Source: a virus (lineage: Duplodnaviria; Caudoviricetes). From it: DNA of 62,260 nt. The position numbers and the translations under genes were made by a program. Position 1 is the first letter of the stretch, and each line of letters begins with the position of its first letter. The stretch lies in IMG/VR virus record IMGVR_UViG_3300027780_000014, positions 1 through 62,260 of that record; one strand, 5' to 3'. Positions 8,669 to 17,859 of the stretch are shown piece by piece. Below the pieces are notes generated by a model. It had not been told where the DNA came from, ran no database searches, and saw only the letters and a list, made by a program, of their open reading frames with translations.

Positions 8669-8750
8669 GACGCAAAGAGCTTATCCATACCAAGTGTAGG
8701 GGTAAGCTTAAAAGTTCTAAGATAGTTACGTAAGATAGTTAGGAGGTAAT

Positions 8751-8927
8751 ATGGAAGAAGAGTATTTTAACATACGTGGGTACCAATTTAAGTTCGTGAA
8801 CCAAGGTCTATTGTTTTTCTCAAATGGAGATTGGAGATTGGATGGCGAATACGATACCTTCAAGCAGGCTTATGAGGCTGCGGAGGATATCGTAAATGAT
8901 TACCACGATATGCAGGCATACATGTGA
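8751..8927 (+). CDS. small acidic hypothetical protein (58 aa)
   Basis: AGGAGG SD; MEEEYFNIRGYQFKF...DYHDMQAYM; below the track cutoff. Confidence 0.75.
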   Translation: MEEEYFNIRGYQFKFVNQGLLFFSNGDWRLDGEYDTFKQAYEAAEDIVNDYHDMQAYM

Positions 8928-9153
8928 ATGTAAGAAGCTTGCAGTAAAAATAAACCTGTTAAAACCTGTTAGTATTGATGAAATTAGCAGTTTTATGCAA
9001 AAGACCAACGGAGTGTGCGATCTTATGGCCTCAGCCTACTGGGACATGAGAACAATCCAAATCAATTGGGGTACTTCATCCGAAATACTCACAATACACC
9101 GCACAGCATTAGAAGATGTTTTGCAACACGTTAGTGAAGACGTGCCTTTCTAA
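8896..9153 (+). CDS. hypothetical protein
   Basis: GGAGG upstream; ends EDVPF. Confidence 0.6.
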   Translation: MITTICRHTCECKKLAVKINLLKPVSIDEISSFMQKTNGVCDLMASAYWDMRTIQINWGTSSEILTIHRTALEDVLQHVSEDVPF

Positions 9154-9162
9154 GGAATTCTC

Positions 9163-10026
9163 ATGAACGAACAAAAACTACTGGAGACTACGTTCTCTAG
9201 ACGAGGTCTTATGGCCTCGTTAAAAGATGATGTAGATATTGAAAGTATTACAGATTTAGTATTTTCAATAGAAACTTACTTAAACCAAGAGTATTCCTAT
9301 GATAGTAAGAATGCTCGTGTAAAAGCAATCAAAGTAGAATCTATTGACATCGCTTATCAGTTAGCGGCGTCAGTAATTAAATGTAACGGTGAAATTACTC
9401 CTATACAGAGTATTTGCACGTCTATGGCACCGTTGCTTCACACTAAACTAATTGAGGGTGTACGTACAGCTGCTGAAATCTTAGCAGTATGTGAAGGTAA
9501 ATTGTATGACTTGCTAGCTCATGATTATGAAAGTAATCCTACTGGTACTCTAGCTCTTGAGCCAAAGCTTAAGCCTAGTTTAAGTGTCTTGTCGAAAATT
9601 GATGAGTTTATGTACATACCACCAATGGTGTTACCTCCTAAACCTTGGAAGTTTAACCAGGGGGGTGGGCATTATACTCAACAAGAGTCCTGCATCTTAG
9701 GGCAGCATAACCATCATAAAGAAAAGCAAAGCTTAGACTGTTTAAATATCTTGCAGTCTATTAAATGGGAGCTCGATCCTGAAATCCTACAACTTAGGGA
9801 GAAACCTAATAAAACTTTAGATACCCCAGAAAAATCTATGCAGTTTGATCTTATGAAAACTACTAGTTCTAGAGTATATAAAGAATATACAGATATTCCA
9901 TTTTACTTCATGTGGAAATTTGATAAACGGGGGAGAATGTACTCTTCAGGTTATCACATCAATTTCCAGTCCACTGACTATAAGAAAGCTTTATTAAGCT
10001 TTGTAAAACAAGAGGTTATAATATAA
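9163..10026 (+). CDS. RNA polymerase II subunit 1 (N4 gp15-like)
   Basis: PPMVLPPKPW and FYFMWKFDKRGRMYSSGYHIN (DxRGR motif of T7-like RNAPs). Confidence 0.93.
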   Translation: MNEQKLLETTFSRRGLMASLKDDVDIESITDLVFSIETYLNQEYSYDSKNARVKAIKVESIDIAYQLAASVIKCNGEITPIQSICTSMAPLLHTKLIEGVRTAAEILAVCEGKLYDLLAHDYESNPTGTLALEPKLKPSLSVLSKIDEFMYIPPMVLPPKPWKFNQGGGHYTQQESCILGQHNHHKEKQSLDCLNILQSIKWELDPEILQLREKPNKTLDTPEKSMQFDLMKTTSSRVYKEYTDIPFYFMWKFDKRGRMYSSGYHINFQSTDYKKALLSFVKQEVII

Positions 10027-11009
10027 TGCAAAAATTCACTGGATTAGAGTATATAAAGATTGCAGCTGCTAATGAGTTTGGTAAAGACAAACTCTCTTGG
10101 CAAGATAGATTGTATTGGTTTGATTACAACGTTAGTAATCTTAACAGTATGACTCCTGCAGCTTCTAACCCGTTTTTATTTACTAAAGCTATTAATGCAT
10201 ACAATGATGCAATAGCTGGTAAACCAACGGGTTACATAATGGCCTTAGATGCTACTGCATCAGGGCTACAAATTATGGCCTGTTTATCAGGCTGCCTTAA
10301 AACTGCAGCTGCTGTCAATTTGATTGATACAGGTGACAGGGAAGATGTTTACACAGAAGTGGCTACTGGAATGAATCTTATTTTAGATCCAATTGATGCT
10401 GTTGTACGGGCTGATGTAAAAAAGCCTGTAATGACCCATTTCTATAATAAATCACGACAAGGCAGTCTAAGAGGTGAGCGAGAAAATGCTTTTCATGAAG
10501 TATTAAACTCTTTGTTTTCTGGTGCAGAAGACGTAATGAATATAATCAATGAGTGTTGGGACAACTCAGCTTTGTATCACAAATGGGTAACGCCAGATGG
10601 CCATGTATCTAAAGTCAAAGTGACTGAAGCAATGGATACACGCATTGAGGTTGATGAGCTAGATCATACAACCTTTACTTACCGATATACGAGTAACCAG
10701 CCTAGTACTAGACATACATCGCTATGTCCTAACTATATTCATAGTCTAGACGCCTGGGTAGCTCGTATGATGGTAAGAATGGCGCATAACCAGGGATTTC
10801 AATTAGCTCATATTCATGACTCATTTTGGGCATCACCTAACCATATGAATAAGGTGCGTGATAACTACCGAGTAATATTAGCCAAGTTAGCTGACTCAGA
10901 TGCGCTTAATAAGTTTATGCTAGATGTTACGGGTGATAATGTGTTATTAATAAAAGACTCACCTGATCTAAGTAAACATATATTAAACTCAGAATATGCA
11001 CTATCGTAG
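10026..11009 (+). CDS. RNA polymerase II subunit 2 (N4 gp16-like)
   Basis: Motif A LDATASGLQ, motif B R...KKPVMT..Y, PNYIHSLDA and motif C IHDSF. Confidence 0.95.
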   Translation: MQKFTGLEYIKIAAANEFGKDKLSWQDRLYWFDYNVSNLNSMTPAASNPFLFTKAINAYNDAIAGKPTGYIMALDATASGLQIMACLSGCLKTAAAVNLIDTGDREDVYTEVATGMNLILDPIDAVVRADVKKPVMTHFYNKSRQGSLRGERENAFHEVLNSLFSGAEDVMNIINECWDNSALYHKWVTPDGHVSKVKVTEAMDTRIEVDELDHTTFTYRYTSNQPSTRHTSLCPNYIHSLDAWVARMMVRMAHNQGFQLAHIHDSFWASPNHMNKVRDNYRVILAKLADSDALNKFMLDVTGDNVLLIKDSPDLSKHILNSEYALS

Positions 11010-11020
11010 ATCAAAAATAT

Positions 11021-11039
11021 AAGGGTGCTCCGCACCCTT
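11021..11039 (+). promoter_or_regulatory. GTGC-TCC-GCAC hairpin copy 1
   Basis: AAGGGTGC-TCC-GCACCCTT perfect 8-bp stem; the bottom-strand loop C-GGA-G matches N4 vRNAP promoter hairpins. Confidence 0.7.
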
Positions 11040-11085
11040 TTTTAAACTCTAATGTTTTTAATAGCATTTATCCATTTTAAACTCT

Positions 11086-11112
11086 AGTACCCCTTAATTG
11101 GGGTATTTTTTT
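11086..11112 (+). terminator. intrinsic terminator
   Basis: AGTACCCC-TTAATT-GGGGTATT followed by a T run. Confidence 0.8.
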
Positions 11113-11133
11113 AACTCATTATGAGGTGAAACT

Positions 11134-11688
11134 ATGGCCAATATATATCCAGGTAAGAAGTGTCGCAAGAAGGTTGCTGATATGACTGAAGAGGAACATA
11201 AGCAACATCGTGTGTATGCCAATGCAGCTACTAGAGCTCATGCGGCACGTCGTTTACCGAAACGCCTGTCTATTTATCCAGGTAAGAGGAGCCACAAACT
11301 GGTTGCAGACATGACTAAAAGTGAGCTTAAACAACATAGGATATATTGCAACTCGATCTATAATAAAATGAGTTTAGCGGATCCAGCTATAAAAGTTAAA
11401 GCTGCGAAATATGCGAAAGAGTGGCGATTAAAAAACCCTGAAAAAGCTAAGGCCCAGAAATCGAAGTGTTTAGCCAAAAGGCTAAAAGACCCTATTAGGT
11501 ATGAAACTTACCTAGCTAAGGGCAGAGAAGTGGCCAGTATATATATTGAGAACGTGTCTGATTACTACGTTAGAAGTATTCTCTGTAGACAGACTGGCAC
11601 TCCAGCTTATGAAATACCTACTGACGTTGTTGAACAACGTAGAATTAAAATTGTACTTGGAAGATTAATAAAATTCGAAAATCAATAA
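11134..11688 (+). CDS. basic protein with duplicated N-terminal motif
   Basis: Two copies of IYPGK.....VADMT..E.KQHR.Y.N; GAGGTG SD. Confidence 0.8.
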   Translation: MANIYPGKKCRKKVADMTEEEHKQHRVYANAATRAHAARRLPKRLSIYPGKRSHKLVADMTKSELKQHRIYCNSIYNKMSLADPAIKVKAAKYAKEWRLKNPEKAKAQKSKCLAKRLKDPIRYETYLAKGREVASIYIENVSDYYVRSILCRQTGTPAYEIPTDVVEQRRIKIVLGRLIKFENQ

Positions 11689-11697
11689 GGAAATATT

Positions 11698-12237
11698 ATG
11701 AAAAACTTAAACGTAAGTCAGTTAGTAACAAGTATCAAAAAACTTAGCCGTACATCTACAGGTCAGAAGTACATGTTTGCCAAGTTGTTGAACATGGCGG
11801 CTAACACCATTGATTGGGAAGTCACTCAGTATGTGACATTCGATGCAATGATTAAGGCTGAGATCCCTAATCTTAATGCAGAGGTGTATAACCTTATCTA
11901 TGGGTACACATGTATGCAGAAGTTTAACTGGCCAGAGAAAGAGCAGAAGTACTGTTTAGAGCGTCTTGGATGGACTAAGTTTGTAGCTGCTATCAATAAG
12001 GAGACCGTTAAGCTAGGACATGTGGCATTTGTTAAGAAGTATAAAAAGATACCCATGAGCAAGTTAGTTGATACAGGCACTCAGGCTAACACTGGTGAGA
12101 GATCCTACGCCTTTAGCTTACCTGACAAATTAGCTAACAAACTTGATGGTATACTAAGTCAACATGGCATAACGGTTATAAATGGACGTAAACATGGTCT
12201 TCGTGACTCTGTTATTTCTTTAATAAGTACATTGTAA
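11698..12237 (+). CDS. hypothetical protein
   Basis: 179 aa, AAGGA SD. Confidence 0.8.
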   Translation: MKNLNVSQLVTSIKKLSRTSTGQKYMFAKLLNMAANTIDWEVTQYVTFDAMIKAEIPNLNAEVYNLIYGYTCMQKFNWPEKEQKYCLERLGWTKFVAAINKETVKLGHVAFVKKYKKIPMSKLVDTGTQANTGERSYAFSLPDKLANKLDGILSQHGITVINGRKHGLRDSVISLISTL

Positions 12238-12247
12238 AGAGGAAATT

Positions 12248-12583
12248 ATGTTAACAATTTTAAGTAAAGGGCTTTTAACTTTTCCATTATTAGTACTAAT
12301 AGTGGCTATTTTTCATTTAGCTAACGGGGGTAGTATAAACCCTGAATTAACATTTGTATTTATGTGTGCTTTCTTTGCAATTATTACTAAATTACTAACA
12401 GTAGTATTTGGTTTGTTTGAAAGAGTAGCTAATGATTTATTAGAATTAGCATCAGACATAGATGAAAAAGATGATGACGAAATATTCGCATGTTTACATG
12501 ACGAAGAAGACATTAAAGGATTTCTCCAAGACCTAGAAAGTGAGATAATAAGGAGTATCGAAGCTAGAAAGGATCGTGAATGA
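12248..12583 (+). CDS. two-TM membrane protein with acidic tail
   Basis: Two hydrophobic segments followed by a D/E-rich C-terminus. Confidence 0.75.
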   Translation: MLTILSKGLLTFPLLVLIVAIFHLANGGSINPELTFVFMCAFFAIITKLLTVVFGLFERVANDLLELASDIDEKDDDEIFACLHDEEDIKGFLQDLESEIIRSIEARKDRE

Positions 12584-12807
12584 AAATACCTAATGATTTA
12601 CCGACACCTATTGGTGAGGACACTAGACCAAAAGATCGTATTAAACGAGCATTATCTAGTGCTTGTGTAGAAGAAGAGTGGGATACCACTAAACGAGAGT
12701 GGACTCCAACAGAACCTGATAATAAACATCTTATTTTAGGTGAATCTGCTTGGAATAATAAATACGTCAGTGAAGTTAATTACCGGGGTATTAAAAATAA
12801 TAAGTAA
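12580..12807 (+). CDS. hypothetical protein
   Basis: ATGA overlap, AAGGA SD. Confidence 0.65.
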   Translation: MKIPNDLPTPIGEDTRPKDRIKRALSSACVEEEWDTTKREWTPTEPDNKHLILGESAWNNKYVSEVNYRGIKNNK

Positions 12808-12817
12808 GAGGTAATAG

Positions 12818-13231
12818 ATGGAATCAAAAAATCTTGGATTTAAACCTAAAATACCTGAATCGTTTAGTACTGCTGTACGTAACCAAGAATCTTGGATTGA
12901 TTCAGATCTAGGTCTGTTGATGGAGCTACGTGCACTCTCTGTTTCATTTGTAGACTGCGGTAAAATTCTTAAAAGAAGGCCAGCTTCCTGCACTATGGCT
13001 GTCTCAACTAATAAACTCTACGAAGCTATTAGTAAAAAACGTAAACAACTAATAAATAACACAATTTACCTTAACCAAGGTGTGGAACGCTTCGAGGTTA
13101 TAGACCATACATGGGCAGGTACAGGTAGAATGGTAAACATGACGCATTATGACGTTAGTGTCGAGTTGTCGTATCAAGATGATGGTAAAACATTAAAAGT
13201 ATTCCTAAAGGATAAAGACAATGAAAGTTAA
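12818..13231 (+). CDS. HTH-like protein fused to a small phage domain
   Basis: N-terminal W....L..L......GKILKR..SC (Myb/GcrA-like); C-terminal RFEVID...GR...VELSYQDDGKTLKVF. Confidence 0.6.
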   Translation: MESKNLGFKPKIPESFSTAVRNQESWIDSDLGLLMELRALSVSFVDCGKILKRRPASCTMAVSTNKLYEAISKKRKQLINNTIYLNQGVERFEVIDHTWAGTGRMVNMTHYDVSVELSYQDDGKTLKVFLKDKDNES

Positions 13232-13610
13232 CATAGGGGAATACCCTGATCCAGAAATCGAGGTAAGAATAGACAAAGAAGACACATGGAGCATGGACTA
13301 TACCCTAGCACATGTAATCCTACCGATGCTCAAACAGTTAAAAGAATCTAAACATGGTAGCCCCTTTACCGATGATGAAGATGTGCCAGAGGAACTGCGT
13401 AGCACAGTAGATGGCCCTAAAATAAATAAGTGGGACACAGATAGCAACTTCCATGCCCGTTGGAACTGGATAATGGATGAAATGATCTGGGCCTTTGAAC
13501 AGAAGTGTGAAGACGATTGGATGTTCAAAGACAATTTGAAAGAACATCAAAAACGAATGACTAAAGCATTTAAAATGTTCGGCAGGTACTATGAGAATCT
13601 GTGGGATTAA
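13221..13610 (+). CDS. conserved phage hypothetical protein
   Basis: DTWSMDYTLAHVILPMLKQLK...HG.P...RWNWIMDEMIWAFE...FGRYYENLWD pattern, common in phages. Confidence 0.8.
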   Translation: MKVNIGEYPDPEIEVRIDKEDTWSMDYTLAHVILPMLKQLKESKHGSPFTDDEDVPEELRSTVDGPKINKWDTDSNFHARWNWIMDEMIWAFEQKCEDDWMFKDNLKEHQKRMTKAFKMFGRYYENLWD

Positions 13611-13623
13611 CAAAAACAGTTAA

Positions 13624-13662
13624 TTGTTTCTTATATTTTACTTTGTATAATTTAAGAAACAA
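13624..13662 (+). promoter_or_regulatory. sigma70-like promoter bracketed by a 10-bp inverted repeat
   Basis: TTGTTT-N16-TATAAT; arms TTGTTTCTTA (13624-13633) and TAAGAAACAA (13653-13662). Confidence 0.55.
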
Positions 13663-13692
13663 AAAAGACATAAATCACAAAAAGGCTAATCT

Positions 13693-13995
13693 ATGAATAG
13701 AACTTGGAGTTATGACCAAACTAAAATATTAAAGGAAAAGTACGGAGTACTTCCAGTAGTAGCTTTAGCTTTGGTTTTAAGTAAAACTGAAACAGCTGTT
13801 TTAAAAAAAGCTAGTAAAATGGGTTTAAAGTCTAATCTTCCCCATAAAGTCAAACTACCTTTAAGCACTATTAAAAATCTTAGAGAAAGAGGCTTTGGTA
13901 CAAGACAAATAGCTCGTTTAATAGGCTGTTCGCATGGTGGTGTAGCTTACGCTGAAAAACATCATTATTTTAAACGAAGAGATAACGAATCATGA
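13693..13995 (+). CDS. double helix-turn-helix DNA-binding protein
   Basis: W(S/T)....IL...Y......LA..L.KT..AV..KA.KMGL (Myb-like) plus RGFGTRQIARLIGCS HTH. Confidence 0.7.
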   Translation: MNRTWSYDQTKILKEKYGVLPVVALALVLSKTETAVLKKASKMGLKSNLPHKVKLPLSTIKNLRERGFGTRQIARLIGCSHGGVAYAEKHHYFKRRDNES

Positions 13996-14282
13996 GATTA
14001 AGAAAAACAATTGATGAACCTAAAACTGATCCAGCTTATACAGATTCAGCAATAGAATCTCAAGTAGGTGGTAATCATTATCAAGTCCTTGGAGTGCAAC
14101 CACTTGAAGCTACTTATGCTAACTTTGGTTACATAGGCTTACGTGCTTCTGTTCACACTAAAGTATGTAAATACTTAACTCGTGATAAAGGCACTCATAA
14201 AGAAGACATTACAAAAGCAATACATGTATTGCAAATGCAATTGGAATTCCTGGAAAGGAGTGAAAATGAATGTCTTCTTTAA
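13992..14282 (+). CDS. DUF3310 / SaV-like protein
   Basis: QVGGNHY...QPLE...KYLTR.KG...EDI.KA.H motif. Confidence 0.8.
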   Translation: MRLRKTIDEPKTDPAYTDSAIESQVGGNHYQVLGVQPLEATYANFGYIGLRASVHTKVCKYLTRDKGTHKEDITKAIHVLQMQLEFLERSENECLL

Positions 14283-14428
14283 AAGACAAGTTAATTAAAG
14301 CACGTAAAGTTGAAGACATTCGTCATGAAATGACTACTTATGAAAACGCTATTAAAGGTGGAAGTAAGTACACTGAATACTATCAACGTAAAGTGAAAGA
14401 ATTACTTGTAAAATTAAACGCAATTTAA
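14270..14428 (+). CDS. small hypothetical protein (52 aa)
   Basis: AAGGAG SD; MSSLKDKLIKARKVEDIRHE...; below the track cutoff. Confidence 0.6.
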   Translation: MSSLKDKLIKARKVEDIRHEMTTYENAIKGGSKYTEYYQRKVKELLVKLNAI

Positions 14429-14445
14429 ATTTATTAAAACTAAAC

Positions 14446-14472
14446 AAGAGACACCCAAGGGTGTCTTTTTTT
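14446..14472 (+). terminator. intrinsic terminator
   Basis: AGACACC-CAAG-GGTGTCT followed by a T run. Confidence 0.85.
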
Positions 14473-14474
14473 AT

Positions 14475-14489
14475 ACGTGCTCCGCACGT
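14475..14489 (+). promoter_or_regulatory. GTGC-TCC-GCAC hairpin copy 2
   Basis: ACGTGC-TCC-GCACGT then TTTA, directly after a terminator and before the AAA gene. Confidence 0.75.
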
Positions 14490-14521
14490 TTTAACCATTT
14501 AAATATTATTTAGGAAATACT

Positions 14522-15535
14522 ATGGAACTTTCAACTAAAGACATTCCAGAAGCGATTGTCAACGTATTATATGCAGGCAAAGTACCTTTCTTGAAGGGAA
14601 GCCCTGGCATCGGTAAATCTGACATTATTAAGCAGGTTGCTGAAGAACTTAATCTAAAAGTAATTGACTTTCGTTTAAGTCAAGCAGACCCAACTGACTT
14701 ACAGGGTTTTCCTGGAGTTGAAAATGGCCGTGCTACATTCTTACCAGCTGCTTTGTTTCCTATTGAAGGAGACACAGTACCTGAAGGATACAATGGCTGG
14801 TTGCTATTTTTAGACGAAATGAACAGTGCTCCATTAAGTGTGCAAGCTGCAGCTTATAAGCTCTGTCTTGATAGACAAGTAGGTCAAAATAACCTACATA
14901 AAAATGTAGCTGTTATAGGTGCAGGCAACCTAGCTACAGATAAAGCTATCACTCAACGTATAGGTACTGCTATGCAGAGTCGGCTTATACATCTAAACAT
15001 GGGTGTAGATCCAGATCATTGGCTCAAGTGGGCTAACGTAGCTGGTATCGACCATCGTATTACATCATTCATTGAGTACAGGAAAGAATTGTTATTTAAA
15101 TTCAATCCATCACATGCTGATGATACGTTTGCTTGTCCACGTACATGGGCATTCTTATCCGACATAATTAAGGGTAAGGAAAAGCTTAGCCATATTGATG
15201 TAGTTACAGCTGCAGGTACTGTAGGTGAAGGCTGCGCATTAGAGTTCAAAGGCTTTAGTGAGATCTTTCAAAGTCTACCTAAAATCAAGGACATCATTAG
15301 TAAACCTAGTACTGTCAAAATACCTAATGAGCCAAGTGTGCATTACGCATTAGCTGGTCTCATTGCGTACGAAGTAACGACAGAAAACATTGATAACCTA
15401 TCCAAATTCGTAGAGCGCTTACCGGCTGATTTTCAAGTAGTCACTTGGAAGTCTGCAGTACGTCGTAACGCTGAAATAATGGAAGCACCATACATTGATG
15501 CATGGGTTACTAAAAACGCTCAGGAGATGCTATGA
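14522..15535 (+). CDS. MoxR-like AAA+ ATPase (N4 gp24-like)
   Basis: GSPGIGKS, LLFLDE, AGN, SRL and CPRTW motifs. Confidence 0.92.
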   Translation: MELSTKDIPEAIVNVLYAGKVPFLKGSPGIGKSDIIKQVAEELNLKVIDFRLSQADPTDLQGFPGVENGRATFLPAALFPIEGDTVPEGYNGWLLFLDEMNSAPLSVQAAAYKLCLDRQVGQNNLHKNVAVIGAGNLATDKAITQRIGTAMQSRLIHLNMGVDPDHWLKWANVAGIDHRITSFIEYRKELLFKFNPSHADDTFACPRTWAFLSDIIKGKEKLSHIDVVTAAGTVGEGCALEFKGFSEIFQSLPKIKDIISKPSTVKIPNEPSVHYALAGLIAYEVTTENIDNLSKFVERLPADFQVVTWKSAVRRNAEIMEAPYIDAWVTKNAQEML

Positions 15536-16467
15536 GACATTATCTAACAGCTTTAGATGCCACAGTAGATCATAACGTATTTAAAAACGTTTCTGAATCA
15601 GATTATGCTTTGATGCATCTTGACGATACACCAAAAAAAGTCAAAGACATGTGTGTTATATCTAACCATGTGTCAGCTAGATTTGATAAAGAAGATTTAA
15701 GAAGGTTTTATTATAGTAATAATTACGCTGGAGCTTCTTATAAATTATTTCAAAATAATGATTTTGAATTACAGGTTAATCATAGTGTAAATGATTTACT
15801 TCACGTTGAAGCTCTTGATATTTTAATAGCTCCTTCAAAACGTTTTAAACATTGGCTTAGAAATATTACTGCTCATAGTAATAATAGTAATGATGTTATT
15901 AAAGTACCTAAAAATAATATAGATAACGAATCTTTTATGATTGTTGATTTATCAAATCAGCACAACGGACGTGTAAGATTTGATATATCTCAAAAAGGTA
16001 CTCAACTATTTAAACAAAATAAATTTAGTTACAAATATTGCCATCAAACTGATTCAGTACGTAATTTTTACATGCCTCCTAATAAAGAAGCACGTAAAGA
16101 ATATCGTGAAAAAATAGACGCTTTAATAAAAAAAGTAACTTTATTAAGTTATCTAAAAGATGACGGAAGCGATGTTAAAATGCCTGAAGGATTAAACAAC
16201 ATTGCACGAGAAAAGTGGCAAAAGCATAATGACGAGCCTGAGTGGGCCCATAAACAAGCTTATGAATACATTCAAAACAATTACGATGGGCAACTTGCTC
16301 TTAAATCTTTTATAGAGCGTAAAAATTTGCGTCATAGCTATAGTCTTGGACGTGATGTCATTAGAGAAATGATTAAACATTACAGTCAATATAGACATGA
16401 AATTGAAGTAGATTATTTTACTTGTGATGTTCATGAGTACTGGCGTTCAGAACTTAAATTAAAATAA
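15532..16467 (+). CDS. hypothetical protein between AAA and vWA genes
   Basis: 311 aa, AGGAG SD, ATGA overlap; no motif recognised. Confidence 0.8.
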   Translation: MRHYLTALDATVDHNVFKNVSESDYALMHLDDTPKKVKDMCVISNHVSARFDKEDLRRFYYSNNYAGASYKLFQNNDFELQVNHSVNDLLHVEALDILIAPSKRFKHWLRNITAHSNNSNDVIKVPKNNIDNESFMIVDLSNQHNGRVRFDISQKGTQLFKQNKFSYKYCHQTDSVRNFYMPPNKEARKEYREKIDALIKKVTLLSYLKDDGSDVKMPEGLNNIAREKWQKHNDEPEWAHKQAYEYIQNNYDGQLALKSFIERKNLRHSYSLGRDVIREMIKHYSQYRHEIEVDYFTCDVHEYWRSELKLK

Positions 16468-16477
16468 GGGGAAAATT

Positions 16478-17635
16478 GTGGAATATCCAGCAGTTGAAAT
16501 TACTCCAGCTCTACAAAAAGAGTTAGATAAAACAAAAATTGGCTTAATGATGCAAGGAGGAACTTTCCTCATAGCTGTTGGTTTAATGATGCAGCATGTA
16601 TTTACAGAAATTGTAAGTACTGCTGCTACAGATGGTAAAAGAATCTATTTTAATCCAGCATTTTTTACCGGCTTATCTAAGCAAGAACGCATTGGTGTTT
16701 TAGCTCATGAAATTATGCACATTGCTTTAATGCACCCACTTCGTAAAGGAGAGCGTGATCATAATTTATACAACCAAGCAGGTGATTACGTTATAAACGA
16801 TATATTGCGAAATTCTGGTTATGTTTTACCTGAGCCACACTTATATGATGCAAAGTATCATGGGTGGAGCACTGAAGAAGTTTACAACGACCTTCTTCAA
16901 CATCAAGGTAAGCAAGATAAACCTAACATTCTTGATGGAGATATTGATTTCTCTGAAGATGCAGACACTGAAACTAAAGGCGATATTGCTACTAGTATTC
17001 AAGACACTGTAATGAAAGCCAGAGCACAGGCTAAAATGGAAGGTGGTGAAGAAGCGGGTAAAATACCTGGTGAAGTAGATCGTTTAATTAATGATTTAAT
17101 CAATCCAGTATTAGACTGGAGTCAATTGCTAGCAAGGTTTATGGATAGCAATACTAAAAATGATCATACTTGGAAACGTCCTAACAGACGTTACTTCCCT
17201 ACTCATTACATGCCTACTATGTACTCAGAAACTATAGCGCATCTTACAGTTGCTATAGATACATCTGGATCTGTAACTGATCCTATGATGTCTGAAATAC
17301 TTACAGAAGTTAAAAGTATCTATGATACGTATCAACCAAGTAATATGACTATACTTGATTGTGATGAAATCATTCATAACATACACGAAGTAGACGACAG
17401 CACAGATATTATGAAGCTTAAGTTTACTGGAGGAGGCGGAACATCATTTTATCCAGTATTAGATTACTGCAAAGAAAATGCTACAAATGTTTTGCTTTAT
17501 TTTACAGATCTTTATGCAGAATCTATTACTGCAGAAGATGGATACGAATTTGAAACTATGTGGATTTGTTATTCAGAACAAGAAGCACCAGAATACGGGG
17601 AGACCATATATTATGAGTCAAAACACGCATGGTAA
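16478..17635 (+). CDS. metallopeptidase-vWA protein (DUF2201-like, N4 gp25-like)
   Basis: TAATDG, HEIMH, A.DY.IN; MIDAS DTSGS...GGGGT...FTD. Confidence 0.92.
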   Translation: MEYPAVEITPALQKELDKTKIGLMMQGGTFLIAVGLMMQHVFTEIVSTAATDGKRIYFNPAFFTGLSKQERIGVLAHEIMHIALMHPLRKGERDHNLYNQAGDYVINDILRNSGYVLPEPHLYDAKYHGWSTEEVYNDLLQHQGKQDKPNILDGDIDFSEDADTETKGDIATSIQDTVMKARAQAKMEGGEEAGKIPGEVDRLINDLINPVLDWSQLLARFMDSNTKNDHTWKRPNRRYFPTHYMPTMYSETIAHLTVAIDTSGSVTDPMMSEILTEVKSIYDTYQPSNMTILDCDEIIHNIHEVDDSTDIMKLKFTGGGGTSFYPVLDYCKENATNVLLYFTDLYAESITAEDGYEFETMWICYSEQEAPEYGETIYYESKHAW

Positions 17636-17858
17636 ATTGCTTGCTACAGTTAGTCTAGGGTATGGAACTAAGTTCCTATTACCTGTAGACGATGCAGTAG
17701 CAATAATGAAATCTTTAAAAACTGCAGAAATAATGACAGGTTATGGAGATACTTTAGCTATTGAAGGATTTGATTTTGATAGTAAAATATCTATGGAATT
17801 AGTTAGCGAAGTTAACGTTAATAAAATAAGAATTAAACAAACCATTTCAGGAGATTGA
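17613..17858 (+). CDS. hypothetical protein
   Basis: GGGGAG SD supports the ATG at 17613 (MSQNTHGK) rather than the track start at 17478. Confidence 0.7.
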   Translation: MSQNTHGKLLATVSLGYGTKFLLPVDDAVAIMKSLKTAEIMTGYGDTLAIEGFDFDSKISMELVSEVNVNKIRIKQTISGD

Positions 17859-17859
17859 T

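Noticed and set aside
13215-13995. Shared C-terminal DNES in two HTH proteins
   Set aside because: Explained by overlap with the next gene's SD/ATGA; too short to support a motif.
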